Origin: Candidatus Eiseniibacteriota bacterium
Lineage (GTDB): Bacteria; Joyebacterota; Joyebacteria; Joyebacterales; Joyebacteraceae
Direction of reading: 5' to 3'
Length of the DNA: 64,000 nucleotides
Assembly: GCA_030595835.1 (NCBI GenBank)
Contig: JAUVLG010000003.1
Span: forward strand, 952-64,951
Shown here in pieces: positions 9,519 to 18,084 of this stretch; the stretch's first letter is position 1; each line of letters begins with the position of its first letter. The translations under genes and the position numbers were made by a program. The notes beneath the pieces were generated by a model. That model searched no databases. It was not told where the DNA came from and saw nothing but the letters and a program-made list of their open reading frames with translations.

Positions 9519-9812
9519 TGGCCACGCTTCCCTGAACCTTCGGATTTCACCGGGCGCACCTTCTGCACGGTTATCGCCATGTCCGGACACAGGATCTCGC
9601 AGAGACCGCACGCGGTGCACGCATCCGGATTCGACACGATCGGCAGACCCGACTTGTCGGACGTGAACACACCGCGCGGGCACATCGAGTAGCATATGCC
9701 ACAGGATTTGCACCACTTCTCGTATATGAAGACAGCGTCGTCCGGATGCTCGGAAGCGTCAGGGTAGTGCCACTGCCGCCTGCCAGCCTCGGACTTCGCT
9801 CCCTTGTCAACC
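9515..9812 (-). CDS. 2-Oxoacid:ferredoxin oxidoreductase, delta subunit (2x[4Fe-4S] ferredoxin).
   Basis: Only the C-terminal roughly 100 aa of the ORF-track entry is ferredoxin-like (CKSCGICYSMCP and CTACGLCEILCP). Its ATG is at 9812 (MVDKGAK). The rest of the track ORF is an Arg-rich alternative frame that overlaps sucD. Confidence 0.8.
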
Positions 9813-9813
9813 A

Positions 9814-10689
9814 TCACTTCCTCCCGAGGGCCGCAGCGACCAGGCCCGGTATGTCGCTCGGCCTGTCGGCCACGGGGATCCCGGCCTCGCTCAGCGCCTT
9901 GATCTTGTCCTGGGCCGTACCCTTGCCGCCGGCGATGATCGCGCCCGCGTGCCCCATTCGCTTCCCCGGTGGGGCCGTGCGCCCGGCGATGAAGCTGACG
10001 ACCGGCTTGTCGAGATGCGCTGTGACAAATTGCGCCGCCTGCTCCTCGTCGGTTCCGCCTATCTCCCCGATGAGAACAACGACCTCGGTCTGCGGATCCG
10101 CTTCGTACGCGGTCAGCGCATCGATGAAGCTGGTCCCGATTATGGGGTCGCCGCCTATGCCCAGCACCGTCGACTGCCCCAGTCCGCTGCGCCTCAACTG
10201 CTCGACGACTTCGTACGTCAGCGTGCCGCTCCGCGAGACCACGCCAACCGGCCCCGGAGAGTGAATCCACCCTGGCATGATGCCGACCTTGGCCTTTCCG
10301 GGACTGATGACGCCCGGGCAGTTGGGCCCTATCATCCTCGTCCCCAGCTCGCTGAGCCGCTGACATACCTTGGCCACGTCCAGCGTCGGTATCCCCTCGG
10401 AGATGGTGACCACGAGGTCCACGCCTGCCTCCGCCGCCTCGATGATGGCGGGCGCGGCGAAGCGCGCGGGAACGAACGTGATGCTCGTGTTCGCTCCGGT
10501 CTCGCGGACGGCGCCGGCCATCGTGTCGAACACGGGAACTCCGTGTACCGACTGGCCACCCTTGCCCGGCGTCACACCACACACGACGTTCGTGCCGTAG
10601 TCTATCATCCCCTTCGCCTGGAACGTGCCGTCGCGCCCGGTGATCCCCTGGACGCAGAGTCGCGTGTCAGCATTGACGAAGATGCTCAC
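9814..10689 (-). CDS. sucD: Succinyl-CoA synthetase, alpha subunit.
   Basis: The protein aligns with SucD over its full length ([29 protein letters not shown] with the phospho-His region). Confidence 0.95.
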   Translation of the reverse strand: MSIFVNADTRLCVQGITGRDGTFQAKGMIDYGTNVVCGVTPGKGGQSVHGVPVFDTMAGAVRETGANTSITFVPARFAAPAIIEAAEAGVDLVVTISEGIPTLDVAKVCQRLSELGTRMIGPNCPGVISPGKAKVGIMPGWIHSPGPVGVVSRSGTLTYEVVEQLRRSGLGQSTVLGIGGDPIIGTSFIDALTAYEADPQTEVVVLIGEIGGTDEEQAAQFVTAHLDKPVVSFIAGRTAPPGKRMGHAGAIIAGGKGTAQDKIKALSEAGIPVADRPSDIPGLVAAALGRK

Positions 10690-11825
10690 GAGTCCCTCCC
10701 CGCCAGCACGACCGCCTTCTCGACGGCCTCGTCCAGGGTGTCGGCCGTCATCAGGTCATGCTCCGCCAGAATGCGCCTGGCCTCTTCCGCGTTGGTGCCC
10801 GTCAGACGCACCACAATGGGGACGTCGGTGGCCACGCGCTCCAGGGCGTGAACGAGCCCGCGCGCAACATCGTCGCACCTTGTGATACCACCGAAGATGT
10901 TTATGAGTAACGATCTCACGTTGGGATCGCTCGTGATGATCTCAAGAGTGGTGGCAACCTTGTCGGAGTTCGAGCTCCCGCCGACATCCAGGAAGTTCGC
11001 CGGCTCGCCACCGTACTGCTTGATGAGGTCCATCGTCGTCATCGCCAGCCCCGCGCCGTTAACCAGGCAACCGACGTTCCCGTCCAGCTTCACGAACGAC
11101 ATCCCCAACTCGCGCGCCTTCGTGAGCTCGGCCGTATCGGTCGACGTGTCGCGCATGGCAGCGATGTCCTCGTGCCGGTAGAGCGCGTTGTCGTCGATGT
11201 TCATCTTCGCATCGATGGCCCGCACGACACCCTCGGAGGTAACGACGAGGGGATTGATCTCCGCCAGTGACGCATCACTCCCGACGAAGGCCGCGTAGAG
11301 CTTCAGGATGGCATCGGCCACCTGCGCCGCAACCGAGGGCTCGGACTCGATCTTCGCCGCGAGCTCCGCGGCCTCCGCATCGGAGAGCCCACGTTCCGGA
11401 TCGACGGGGTGTTTGTGGATCTTTTCGGGCGTCTCACTGGCTACAACCTCGATGTCCACACCGCCTTCGCTGCTGACCATGTAGACGGGCTTCTTCGTCG
11501 CCCTGTCGACAACGATCCCGATGTAGTACTCACGATCGATATCGACGACCTCAGCGACGACGACCTTCTCGACGGTGAGTCCCTTGATGTCCATGCCAAG
11601 GATACCCTCGGCGAGTCGCTCGGCCTCGTCGGCATCCCGCGCCAGCTTGACACCGCCGGCCTTGCCCCTGCCTCCGACGTGAACCTGCGCCTTGACGACG
11701 ACGCTGCCCCCGCGCTTCTCCGCGGCCGCACGCGCTTCTTCGGGACTCGTTACCACGTCGAACCCTGACACCGGCAGGCCGTATCTGGCGAAGATCTCCA
11801 TGGCCTGGTACTCGTGTATCTTCAA
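10686..11825 (-). CDS. sucC: Succinyl-CoA synthetase, beta subunit (ATP-grasp).
   Basis: The N-terminus [19 protein letters not shown] is typical of SucC. The start is probably TTG at 11825, with GGAGG 7 nt upstream. The gene overlaps sucD by 4 nt. Confidence 0.9.
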   Translation of the reverse strand: MKIHEYQAMEIFARYGLPVSGFDVVTSPEEARAAAEKRGGSVVVKAQVHVGGRGKAGGVKLARDADEAERLAEGILGMDIKGLTVEKVVVAEVVDIDREYYIGIVVDRATKKPVYMVSSEGGVDIEVVASETPEKIHKHPVDPERGLSDAEAAELAAKIESEPSVAAQVADAILKLYAAFVGSDASLAEINPLVVTSEGVVRAIDAKMNIDDNALYRHEDIAAMRDTSTDTAELTKARELGMSFVKLDGNVGCLVNGAGLAMTTMDLIKQYGGEPANFLDVGGSSNSDKVATTLEIITSDPNVRSLLINIFGGITRCDDVARGLVHALERVATDVPIVVRLTGTNAEEARRILAEHDLMTADTLDEAVEKAVVLAGRDS

Positions 11826-11897
11826 GAGGCTGCCTCCAGACGTCCACACTTGGAGAACCGTGCGCTCTCCACGCGGCCGCCCGTCAGTACCGGACTG

Positions 11898-13208
11898 CTA
11901 GAAGAAGTCACCCAGAACATCCTCGAGTGTGGGGCTGCCCTTGACCTCAAGGTCATATCTCACGCGAACACTCGGTCTTTCGATGTCAATGACCTTCCTG
12001 AGATCGATCGGCGTCCCGATGACCACGTAGTCGCAGTCGACGGCGTTGACGGTCGTCTGCAGATCGGCCACCTGCTCAGGGCTGTAGCCCATGGCAGGCA
12101 GTAGCGTACCGATGCCCGGGTATTTCTTGTAGGTCTCGGCCATCTTGCCGACGGCGTGCTCTCTCGGATCCACGAGTACGGCTCCGGCCGCGGATGCGGC
12201 CACCGTACCGGCGCCGAGCTTCATCCCGCCGTGGGTGAGCGTCGGACCGTCCTCGATCACTAGCACGCGCTTGCCGGCCAGATCGACGTCCTGGTCAAAC
12301 ACGGTCGGCGAGTTGGCGTGGATGATCGTGGCGGCAGGATTGACCGATTCGATGTTCAGCAACAACTGGTCTATGTCCGCCTGACTCGCGGAGTCCTCCT
12401 TGTTTATGACGACGACGTCCGCCATCCGCAGATTCTGCTCGCCCGGGTAGTAGCTGAGCTCGTGGCCCACACGATGTGGGTCCGCGACGACGATGAGGAG
12501 GTCGGGCGCGTAGAACGACGCATCGTTGTTACCGCCGTCCCACATGATGACATCCGCCTCTTTCTCTGCCTCTTCGAGGATTCTCCCGTAGTCGACACCG
12601 GCAAAGACGACGATGCCCTTGTCGATGTGCGGCTCGTACTCCTCCATCTCCTCGATCGTGCACTTGTGCTTGATCATGTCGTCGTACTCGCCGAAGCGCT
12701 GCCAGATCTGCTCCCTCAGGTCTCCGTACGGCATCGGGTGTCGGATGGCCGCGACCTTCTTGCCGTGCTCGATGAGTATCTCCGCCACTCGGCGCGACGT
12801 CTGGCTCTTGCCGCACCCGGTGCGAACCGCGCACACGGACACGACCGGCTTCTTGGATTTGATCATCGTATCTTCCGCGCCCATCAACACGAAGTGAGGA
12901 CCGGCCGCGTTCACCATGGAACACTTGTGCATCACGTACTCGTGAGGCACGTCGCTGTACGCGAAGACGACGTCATCGATCTTCGAATCGGCCATCAGCT
13001 TCCCGAGGTCCTCCTCGGGAACGATGGGTATGCCCTGCGGATAGAGAGAGCCGGCAAGTTCCGTGGGATACGCGCGTCCGGCAATGTCGGGAATCTGCGT
13101 TGCAGTGAAAGCGACTACCTCGAACTCCTCGTGGTCTCTGTAAACGAGATTGAAGTTGTGGAAGTCCCTTCCGGCAGCACCCATGATGACAACACGTCGT
13201 CTCTGCAT
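11898..13208 (-). CDS. COG2403-family predicted GTPase (cyclic 2,3-diphosphoglycerate synthetase-like).
   Basis: MQRRRVVIMGAAGRDFHNFN is the hallmark N-terminus of this family, and a P-loop-like CGKSQTS is present. The start is ATG at 13208, with the Shine-Dalgarno sequence ccaGGAGGttgg upstream. This is a family assignment from memory, not from a search. Confidence 0.55.
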   Translation of the reverse strand: MQRRRVVIMGAAGRDFHNFNLVYRDHEEFEVVAFTATQIPDIAGRAYPTELAGSLYPQGIPIVPEEDLGKLMADSKIDDVVFAYSDVPHEYVMHKCSMVNAAGPHFVLMGAEDTMIKSKKPVVSVCAVRTGCGKSQTSRRVAEILIEHGKKVAAIRHPMPYGDLREQIWQRFGEYDDMIKHKCTIEEMEEYEPHIDKGIVVFAGVDYGRILEEAEKEADVIMWDGGNNDASFYAPDLLIVVADPHRVGHELSYYPGEQNLRMADVVVINKEDSASQADIDQLLLNIESVNPAATIIHANSPTVFDQDVDLAGKRVLVIEDGPTLTHGGMKLGAGTVAASAAGAVLVDPREHAVGKMAETYKKYPGIGTLLPAMGYSPEQVADLQTTVNAVDCDYVVIGTPIDLRKVIDIERPSVRVRYDLEVKGSPTLEDVLGDFF

Positions 13209-13463
13209 CCAACCTCCTGGAATCGAACCGTCGCCGCGCACCGCACCGGCGGCCTTCATTGCCGCCCGCGCCATTCGCAAGAGAATCCCCCATGCCGACC
13301 TCGCTCGTGAGCGCGGCCGTGCGGAGGATCCGGAAGCGGAGCTATGTAGATAGAGGCTCCGAGCGAGTCAAGATGACCATGATACTCGATGGTCCCCGGG
13401 GATGTCCAGAGTCAAAGCGAAGATACGGACATGAATGGCCCTCGGTGGCTCGGTCGGGTTCCC

Positions 13464-13946
13464 TCAACCCTTGTCCGAGTCTAGTATCCTCGCGATCATG
13501 CCTCGCGTCGAACGTCCCTCAAGCTCCTCGACGGCGACGACCTTCCCACCGTGATCCTCGACGAAGTCCGCCCCGACGATCGTATCCCGCTCGTAGCCGG
13601 CGCCCTTTACGAGGATATCGGGAACGACGCCTGTAATGAGTTCGAGTGGCGTGTCCTCGTCAAACAGGCAGACCAGGTCGACCGAGGACAGGGCCGCTAC
13701 GACATGTGCCCTGTCGTCCTCGGGCACGATAGGCCGGGTCTCACCCTTCAGGGCCCGGACCGAGCGGTCGGTATTGATGCCCACGACCAGGACGTCTCCA
13801 AGCGCCTTCGCCTCAGCGAGATACTGCGTGTGCCCGCGGTGTATGATGTCGAAGCAGCCGTTCGTAAACACAACGACCCGGCCCTCGGCGCGCGCATCGG
13901 CTGTTGCTGTGATGAGATCCTCGCGAGAGACGACCTTACCCAACAC
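13464..13946 (-). CDS. D-glycero-beta-D-manno-heptose 1-phosphate adenylyltransferase (HldE C-terminal domain homolog, cytidylyltransferase fold).
   Basis: VVFTNGCFDIIHRGHTQYL carries the (H/T)xGH nucleotidyltransferase motif. The start is probably GTG at 13946, with GGAGGGGGAG upstream. It overlaps the upstream kinase ORF by about 11 nt in a different frame. Confidence 0.8.
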   Translation of the reverse strand: MLGKVVSREDLITATADARAEGRVVVFTNGCFDIIHRGHTQYLAEAKALGDVLVVGINTDRSVRALKGETRPIVPEDDRAHVVAALSSVDLVCLFDEDTPLELITGVVPDILVKGAGYERDTIVGADFVEDHGGKVVAVEELEGRSTRGMIARILDSDKG

Positions 13947-14946
13947 GCTCCCCCTCCCCGGCGTCCTTGAACGAGCGCTCGATCGCGGCCGGTCCGACGG
14001 AAACGGTCCCGACCTCCCTGATGACGAGACCGGCCGCGTGGTTCGCGATGATCGCGGCCTCTTCCATGGAAGCGCCCACCGCCAGTGCGACGGCCAGTAC
14101 ACTGACCACTGTGTCGCCCGCGCCCGTCACGTCAAACACCTCTCGAGCGACCGTCGGAAGATGTACAAGCTCACCGTCCGACATGAAGAGCGACATGCCC
14201 TGTTCGCCTCTCGTGACCGCAACGCACTCGGCCCCGAGCTGCTTCTGGAGCTTCCACCCCACGCTGAGCAACGTGTTCTCATCGGTGATGGTGACGCCGA
14301 CCGCCGTTCCCGCTTCCTTCTCATTCGGCGTGATCGCCGTCACGCCCACGTAGCTCGCGAAGTGCGACTCCTTGGGATCAACGCAGATCATCTTCCCAGC
14401 GTCCCGCGCCATGGATATCGCCGCCGCGATCGTCGTCCGCGTGACCACACCTTTGCCGTAGTCTGAGACAATGAGCACGTCGGAATCCGCCACGGCTCTC
14501 CTGAGCCCGTCCAGGATCCTCGTCTCAACGTCACCCTCTATGTCGGAAGTAACCTCGCTGTCTGCTCTGACAACCTGCTGGCTGCGCGCGATCACGCGCA
14601 GCTTCGTCGTCGTAGACCGCCCCGGCTCAGTCACCACGCTGTCCACGTCGACGCCTCTTCCGGTCAGGAGCGAGAGCACCTCGCGGCCCGCGTCGTCGTC
14701 CCCGACAATACCCACGAGCACCGCGCGCGCTCCCAGGGAAGCGACGTTCTCGGCGACGTTTGCGGCGGCGCCGAACCTTGCGCTCTCGCGTTCAACCTCG
14801 ACGATCGGCACCGGGGCCTCCTGCGAGATCCTGTTCACCGCACCCCACAGGTAGCGGTCGAGCATGATGTCGCCCAGGATGGCCACCTTCGCACGCGAGA
14901 ATCCACCGAGCAGCGTTCTCAGCCGCGTGGCGTCGAGGTTCGTCAC
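13936..14946 (-). CDS. D-glycero-beta-D-manno-heptose-7-phosphate kinase (HldE N-terminal domain homolog, PfkB ribokinase family).
   Basis: VAILGDIMLDRY, the NVAENVA region and the C-terminal DVTGAGDTV motif match PfkB-family carbohydrate kinases. Confidence 0.85.
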   Translation of the reverse strand: MTNLDATRLRTLLGGFSRAKVAILGDIMLDRYLWGAVNRISQEAPVPIVEVERESARFGAAANVAENVASLGARAVLVGIVGDDDAGREVLSLLTGRGVDVDSVVTEPGRSTTTKLRVIARSQQVVRADSEVTSDIEGDVETRILDGLRRAVADSDVLIVSDYGKGVVTRTTIAAAISMARDAGKMICVDPKESHFASYVGVTAITPNEKEAGTAVGVTITDENTLLSVGWKLQKQLGAECVAVTRGEQGMSLFMSDGELVHLPTVAREVFDVTGAGDTVVSVLAVALAVGASMEEAAIIANHAAGLVIREVGTVSVGPAAIERSFKDAGEGERVG

Positions 14947-15124
14947 GCTCGTCCTCCGGTTTCGAGTCAGTCCTTGCGCGCCGGCGAGTCTCCCCCGCCG
15001 GACAGTGGCTGAATGCTAGAGCACGTAGCTGGTGAAGTCAAGCGCGCCCGGCCCTCGCCCGCCAGCCGGACCAAACTCCACCAGATACTCGGAGAGGCGG
15101 CGACCCGGCGACCGCGCGATCGCC

Positions 15125-15170
15125 GGGCAGAAGACGCAAAGCGGCCGGTCCGCAATCGCGAACCGGCCGC
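15125..15170 (-). terminator. Candidate intrinsic terminator downstream of the triple-repeat gene.
   Basis: A perfect stem GCGGCCGGT...ACCGGCCGC with an 11-nt loop is followed on the minus strand by TTTGCGTCTTCTG. Confidence 0.4.
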
Positions 15171-15204
15171 CCCTGGAACCGAACTGGACTTGATGCTACA
15201 CGCA

Positions 15205-16068
15205 TCAATGCTCAGTCAATTTCACGGTCTCGATAGTGCGTCTGCGCCTCGGCTTCCGCTTGGGATGCTTGGGAACCATCAGGTCCGGATAGGCGTTGTG
15301 CAGCGCCTGTATGGAAGATCCGGAGAAGCACCCGGTCAGCATCCCCCCGAGACCATGCTCTCTGAAGAGGTGGTAGGTCACGTCCTGGAACACGCGCTCT
15401 CTCGGAACACCGAGCGTCTCCTCACAGAGCCAGCGCGTGGCCCTGCGTGCGTTCGCCAGACCCTGCTCTCCCTGCCAGAAATTCTTGGGCACGTTGCGGA
15501 ACTCCCAGGGATGGAAGCGCTCGGGATACGCATTCTCGATCGCCCTGAAGAAAGAACCCCTGAAGCATACGGAGAGCATGCCGCGCAGGTTGTGCTTGCC
15601 GAACGTGGTGGCCGAGATCCTCTGCGGGATATCACCGACGGCGACACCCTCGACCTCCTCGATCATCCACTGAGTTGCCTCAGCGGCAAGCTTGAACCGA
15701 TTGGGACCCTGCCACATGCCCTTGACATTGAACTGCCATTTGTGGAATCGGTTCGGGTAGGCGTTGTCGATCGCCTTGTACGGCGACCAGTCAAAGCAAC
15801 TGCCCAGCATCCAGGTAAGCCCGTTCTCGTAGAACAGCTTCTTGTGAATCGTGCGCGGAATGTCCGCTACGGCGATGCTGAGCTTGTCCTCGAGCAGGTA
15901 CCTGGTAATGACCGCGGCGCGTGCGCGGCCTGTCTCGCCCTGGAAGAAGTTGTTGGGGAACCGCCGTCTGCGCCCTCCAAACACCTCTTCGTATACCTGG
16001 ATGACCTCGGCGCGTTCTAGCCCGGTTGCCGCTGTCTCGGTATCCAGCCCTTTCAGCTCCGTGACCAT
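15205..16068 (-). CDS. Hypothetical protein made of three tandem repeats of about 75 aa of an unrecognised domain.
   Basis: A GGAGGAG Shine-Dalgarno sequence lies 4 nt before the ATG. The three repeats share a W-x-G-x3-(N/G)-x-R-x-A-x-R-(Y/W)-L-x-E-E, then G-(M/W)-L-x3-F-x-(G/D)-S, then A-(I/L)-x-N-A-Y-P-x-R-F-H-x-W-(Q/E)-F pattern (repeat ends ...NAYPNRFHKWQF, ...NAYPERFHPWEF, ...NAYPDLMVPKHP). Confidence 0.7.
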   Translation of the reverse strand: MVTELKGLDTETAATGLERAEVIQVYEEVFGGRRRRFPNNFFQGETGRARAAVITRYLLEDKLSIAVADIPRTIHKKLFYENGLTWMLGSCFDWSPYKAIDNAYPNRFHKWQFNVKGMWQGPNRFKLAAEATQWMIEEVEGVAVGDIPQRISATTFGKHNLRGMLSVCFRGSFFRAIENAYPERFHPWEFRNVPKNFWQGEQGLANARRATRWLCEETLGVPRERVFQDVTYHLFREHGLGGMLTGCFSGSSIQALHNAYPDLMVPKHPKRKPRRRRTIETVKLTEH

Positions 16069-16386
16069 AGCTCCTCCAGTCTACAGTTCGGACAACTGAC
16101 AAAGCCGCTACGCAATCGTGAGAGTACGTTGTCCTAGTTTCACAGTTTTTACCACGTGTCAATCATGCAGGCCCAACATATCATCTCCGCCGAAACCTGT
16201 CAAGCCAATAGTGCGGCAAAGCACAATTACGTCGCTTTCTGGCGAGGAACTGGTGTGGCCCTGGCCACTCCGCAGTGACCCCCGATCGGTGTCTCCGGCA
16301 GCGCTCCAGCCACCGCGCGGTCGAGGATGCCGCCGAGAGAGAGAACCGGCACCCTCCCCGATGCGCCGGTCGAGCAAGGTCCGGTC

Positions 16387-16422
16387 CGGTCCGGTCCGGT
16401 ACGGTACGGTTCTGAGGCGGCA
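16387..16422. repeat. Hexanucleotide microsatellite (GGTCCG)x4 followed by (GGTACG)x2.
   Basis: The tract is visible as ggtccggtccggtccggtccggtacggtacgg, in the 550-bp intergenic region between the triple-repeat gene and the DUF3467 gene. Confidence 0.8.
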
Positions 16423-16439
16423 CGGTCTCCGATGCCGGA

Positions 16440-16463
16440 CCCGATGCCGGACCCGTGCTGAGA
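16440..16463. repeat. Perfect 12-bp direct tandem repeat (gatgccggaccc)x2.
   Basis: The repeat is visible in the sequence, 17 nt downstream of the hexamer tract. Confidence 0.8.
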
Positions 16464-16532
16464 GTTATCGGGTGCCGATCCACTCGTTCAGCCGTACCCG
16501 GGTGTCACGCTAACCCACTGCCCAGAATGGTC

Positions 16533-16561
16533 TTGACAATCCTCCGGGACCCTCATATGTT
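16533..16561 (+). promoter_or_regulatory. Near-consensus sigma-70-type promoter for the DUF3467 gene.
   Basis: TTGACA at 16533-16538 is followed by a 17-nt spacer and TATGTT at 16556-16561. It lies 59 nt upstream of the ATG at 16620. Confidence 0.55.
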
Positions 16562-16570
16562 TGCGGCGAA

Positions 16571-16590
16571 CCGGGTCCACGCGGACCCGG
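16571..16590 (+). promoter_or_regulatory. Perfect palindrome CCGGGTCC-acgc-GGACCCGG just downstream of the -10 element; candidate operator or 5'-UTR hairpin.
   Basis: The 8-bp inverted repeat lies between the putative -10 element and the GGGAGG Shine-Dalgarno sequence at 16611. Confidence 0.35.
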
Positions 16591-16619
16591 AGACTGTTTG
16601 GGAGCTACACGGGAGGCCC

Positions 16620-16913
16620 ATGGCTGAGCAGAAGAAGCAAATCAACGTGGAACTGCGCGACGAGGAGGCTGAGGGCGTCTACGCGAACTTCGCCGCCATC
16701 ACCCACTCCCCCGCCGAGTTCGTAATGGACTTCATCAGAGTCCTTCCCGGAACCAAGAAGAGCAGGGTCCACGCCCGGATCGTGATGGCCCCGCAGAATG
16801 CCAAGGCCTTCGTCAGGGCGCTCAAAGACAACATCGCCAAGTACGAGGAGCGGCACGGCGAGATCAAGTCGTCGGGGCAGAGCCAGCCTGAGAAGCAGAT
16901 AGGGTTCCAGTAG
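16620..16913 (+). CDS. DUF3467-family small protein.
   Basis: The product MAEQKKQINVELRDEEAEGVYANFAAITHSPAEFVMDFIRVLPG...ARIVMAPQNAKAFVRALKDNIAKYEERHGEI matches the DUF3467 pattern recalled from memory (ATG at 16620, GGGAGG Shine-Dalgarno sequence at 16611). The upstream 55 codons of the track ORF lack homology. Confidence 0.7.
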   Translation: MAEQKKQINVELRDEEAEGVYANFAAITHSPAEFVMDFIRVLPGTKKSRVHARIVMAPQNAKAFVRALKDNIAKYEERHGEIKSSGQSQPEKQIGFQ

Positions 16914-17146
16914 GACGCAGGATCTGACATCTGGCAGGTTGCTGAGGATCCGCGGGGACGCGCACCGACCGTGCCCTGGAGTTCCGGTACGGAGAACGTG
17001 CCTTCGCGGCGGTACCGTGGGGCGCTGAGTTCCCTGCGAATCCGCGACGACGGCAAGAGCACGAGAAGATCACAGCGAGCCTCATGAGCGAGGCCAGGCT
17101 CGATCAGGTGTTCGAAGAGCCATGATCAGGACCAGGAGGGACCACG

Positions 17147-18046
17147 ATGATGCGCGGCATACTTGCAGTGATTCTGCTCATCGCGCTCGCGATGAGCGCG
17201 GGCGCCTACGACGTGCTCTACAGCAATGATACGGCCGCGACCCACGAGCCCGGCGCATTCGGCATCGGCGCCAGCTTCATCTACTTCGCGGCCAACAGCG
17301 AGTTCAAGAAGGACGGCGAGAGCCTCGACTGGGAGGACGGCAACGACTACACCGCCAAGTGGTTCCCGATCGACATCCACTACGGCGTCCTGGACGGGTT
17401 CGAGGTCGGTGTCACTCCCATCTTCATGATGGACACGATGTCCGACCCGGACTCCGTGAACGACGTGACCGGCACGGGCATCGGCGACACCTGGATCTGG
17501 GCGAAGTACAACATCGCGCCCGATCCACTCATGACAGCACGGGTGAGTGTCAAGGTGGCAACGGGAAATCATGAGGGCGACGACATCGAACTCGGGCAAG
17601 AGCTCGCGCTTGGAACGGGCCAGATGGATATCGACGCCGCCTTCATGATCGGCGCACCGCTGCCCGACGGCTTCTTCGATGGCTCACTAGGCTACCGCTA
17701 CAGGATGGCGGAGTCCACCGAAGACGGAGCACCTGAGTCCAAGTTCGGCAACGAGATTCACTTCTTCGTGGGCTACACGCACTTCCTCAACGAGGCGCTG
17801 AGCTTCAGGGTCGGCGCCGACGGCTACTTCGGGAGCGACCCGACCGAGGACGGAGAGCCGATCGAGGACAACCCCCTGGATCCTGATGAATTCCAGACCG
17901 GCCCGAGCGCCGTGTGCATCAACCCGAGCTTCGACTACGTCATGGACAGCGGGCTGTCCCTGGGCCTCGATGTGCACTACCCGCTCATGGGCGCCAACGT
18001 CAACGCCGCGTGGGGCATCGGTCTCTCGGTTGGCTGGGGCAGCTAG
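17147..18046 (+). CDS. Secreted or outer-membrane protein of unknown function, acidic and Gly/Asp-rich, possibly a beta-barrel.
   Basis: It has an N-terminal signal peptide MMRGILAVILLIALAMSAGA. A CAGGAGGGACCACG ATG Shine-Dalgarno sequence precedes it. Alternating hydrophobic residues near the C-terminus (IGLSVGWGS) are consistent with a barrel. Confidence 0.65.
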   Translation: MMRGILAVILLIALAMSAGAYDVLYSNDTAATHEPGAFGIGASFIYFAANSEFKKDGESLDWEDGNDYTAKWFPIDIHYGVLDGFEVGVTPIFMMDTMSDPDSVNDVTGTGIGDTWIWAKYNIAPDPLMTARVSVKVATGNHEGDDIELGQELALGTGQMDIDAAFMIGAPLPDGFFDGSLGYRYRMAESTEDGAPESKFGNEIHFFVGYTHFLNEALSFRVGADGYFGSDPTEDGEPIEDNPLDPDEFQTGPSAVCINPSFDYVMDSGLSLGLDVHYPLMGANVNAAWGIGLSVGWGS

Positions 18047-18084
18047 CAACACACCTCAGTGATCGGCAGCGGAACGCAATCGCG

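Noticed and set aside
9813-10582. N-terminal 250 codons of the track ORF 9515..10582. Similar Arg-rich N-terminal extensions occur in ORFs 28891..31413, 31438..32184, 26713..28443 and 8367..9716.
   Set aside because: These are out-of-frame read-through over the upstream gene on the same strand. In each case the real start sits at an internal ATG or GTG with a Shine-Dalgarno sequence, or at an ATGA overlap.
15013-16020. 335-aa plus-strand ORF overlapping the triple-repeat gene.
   Set aside because: It is antisense to an ORF with a strong Shine-Dalgarno sequence and an internally consistent triple-repeat architecture. It has no homology signal of its own.
14947-16619. tRNA or other structured RNA in the larger intergenic gaps (14947-15204, 16069-16619, 13209-13463, 16914-17146).
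   Set aside because: No T-loop-like GGTTCGANTCC, cloverleaf-compatible complementarity or CRISPR-like direct-repeat/spacer periodicity was found by eye. A tRNAscan or Rfam scan would be definitive.
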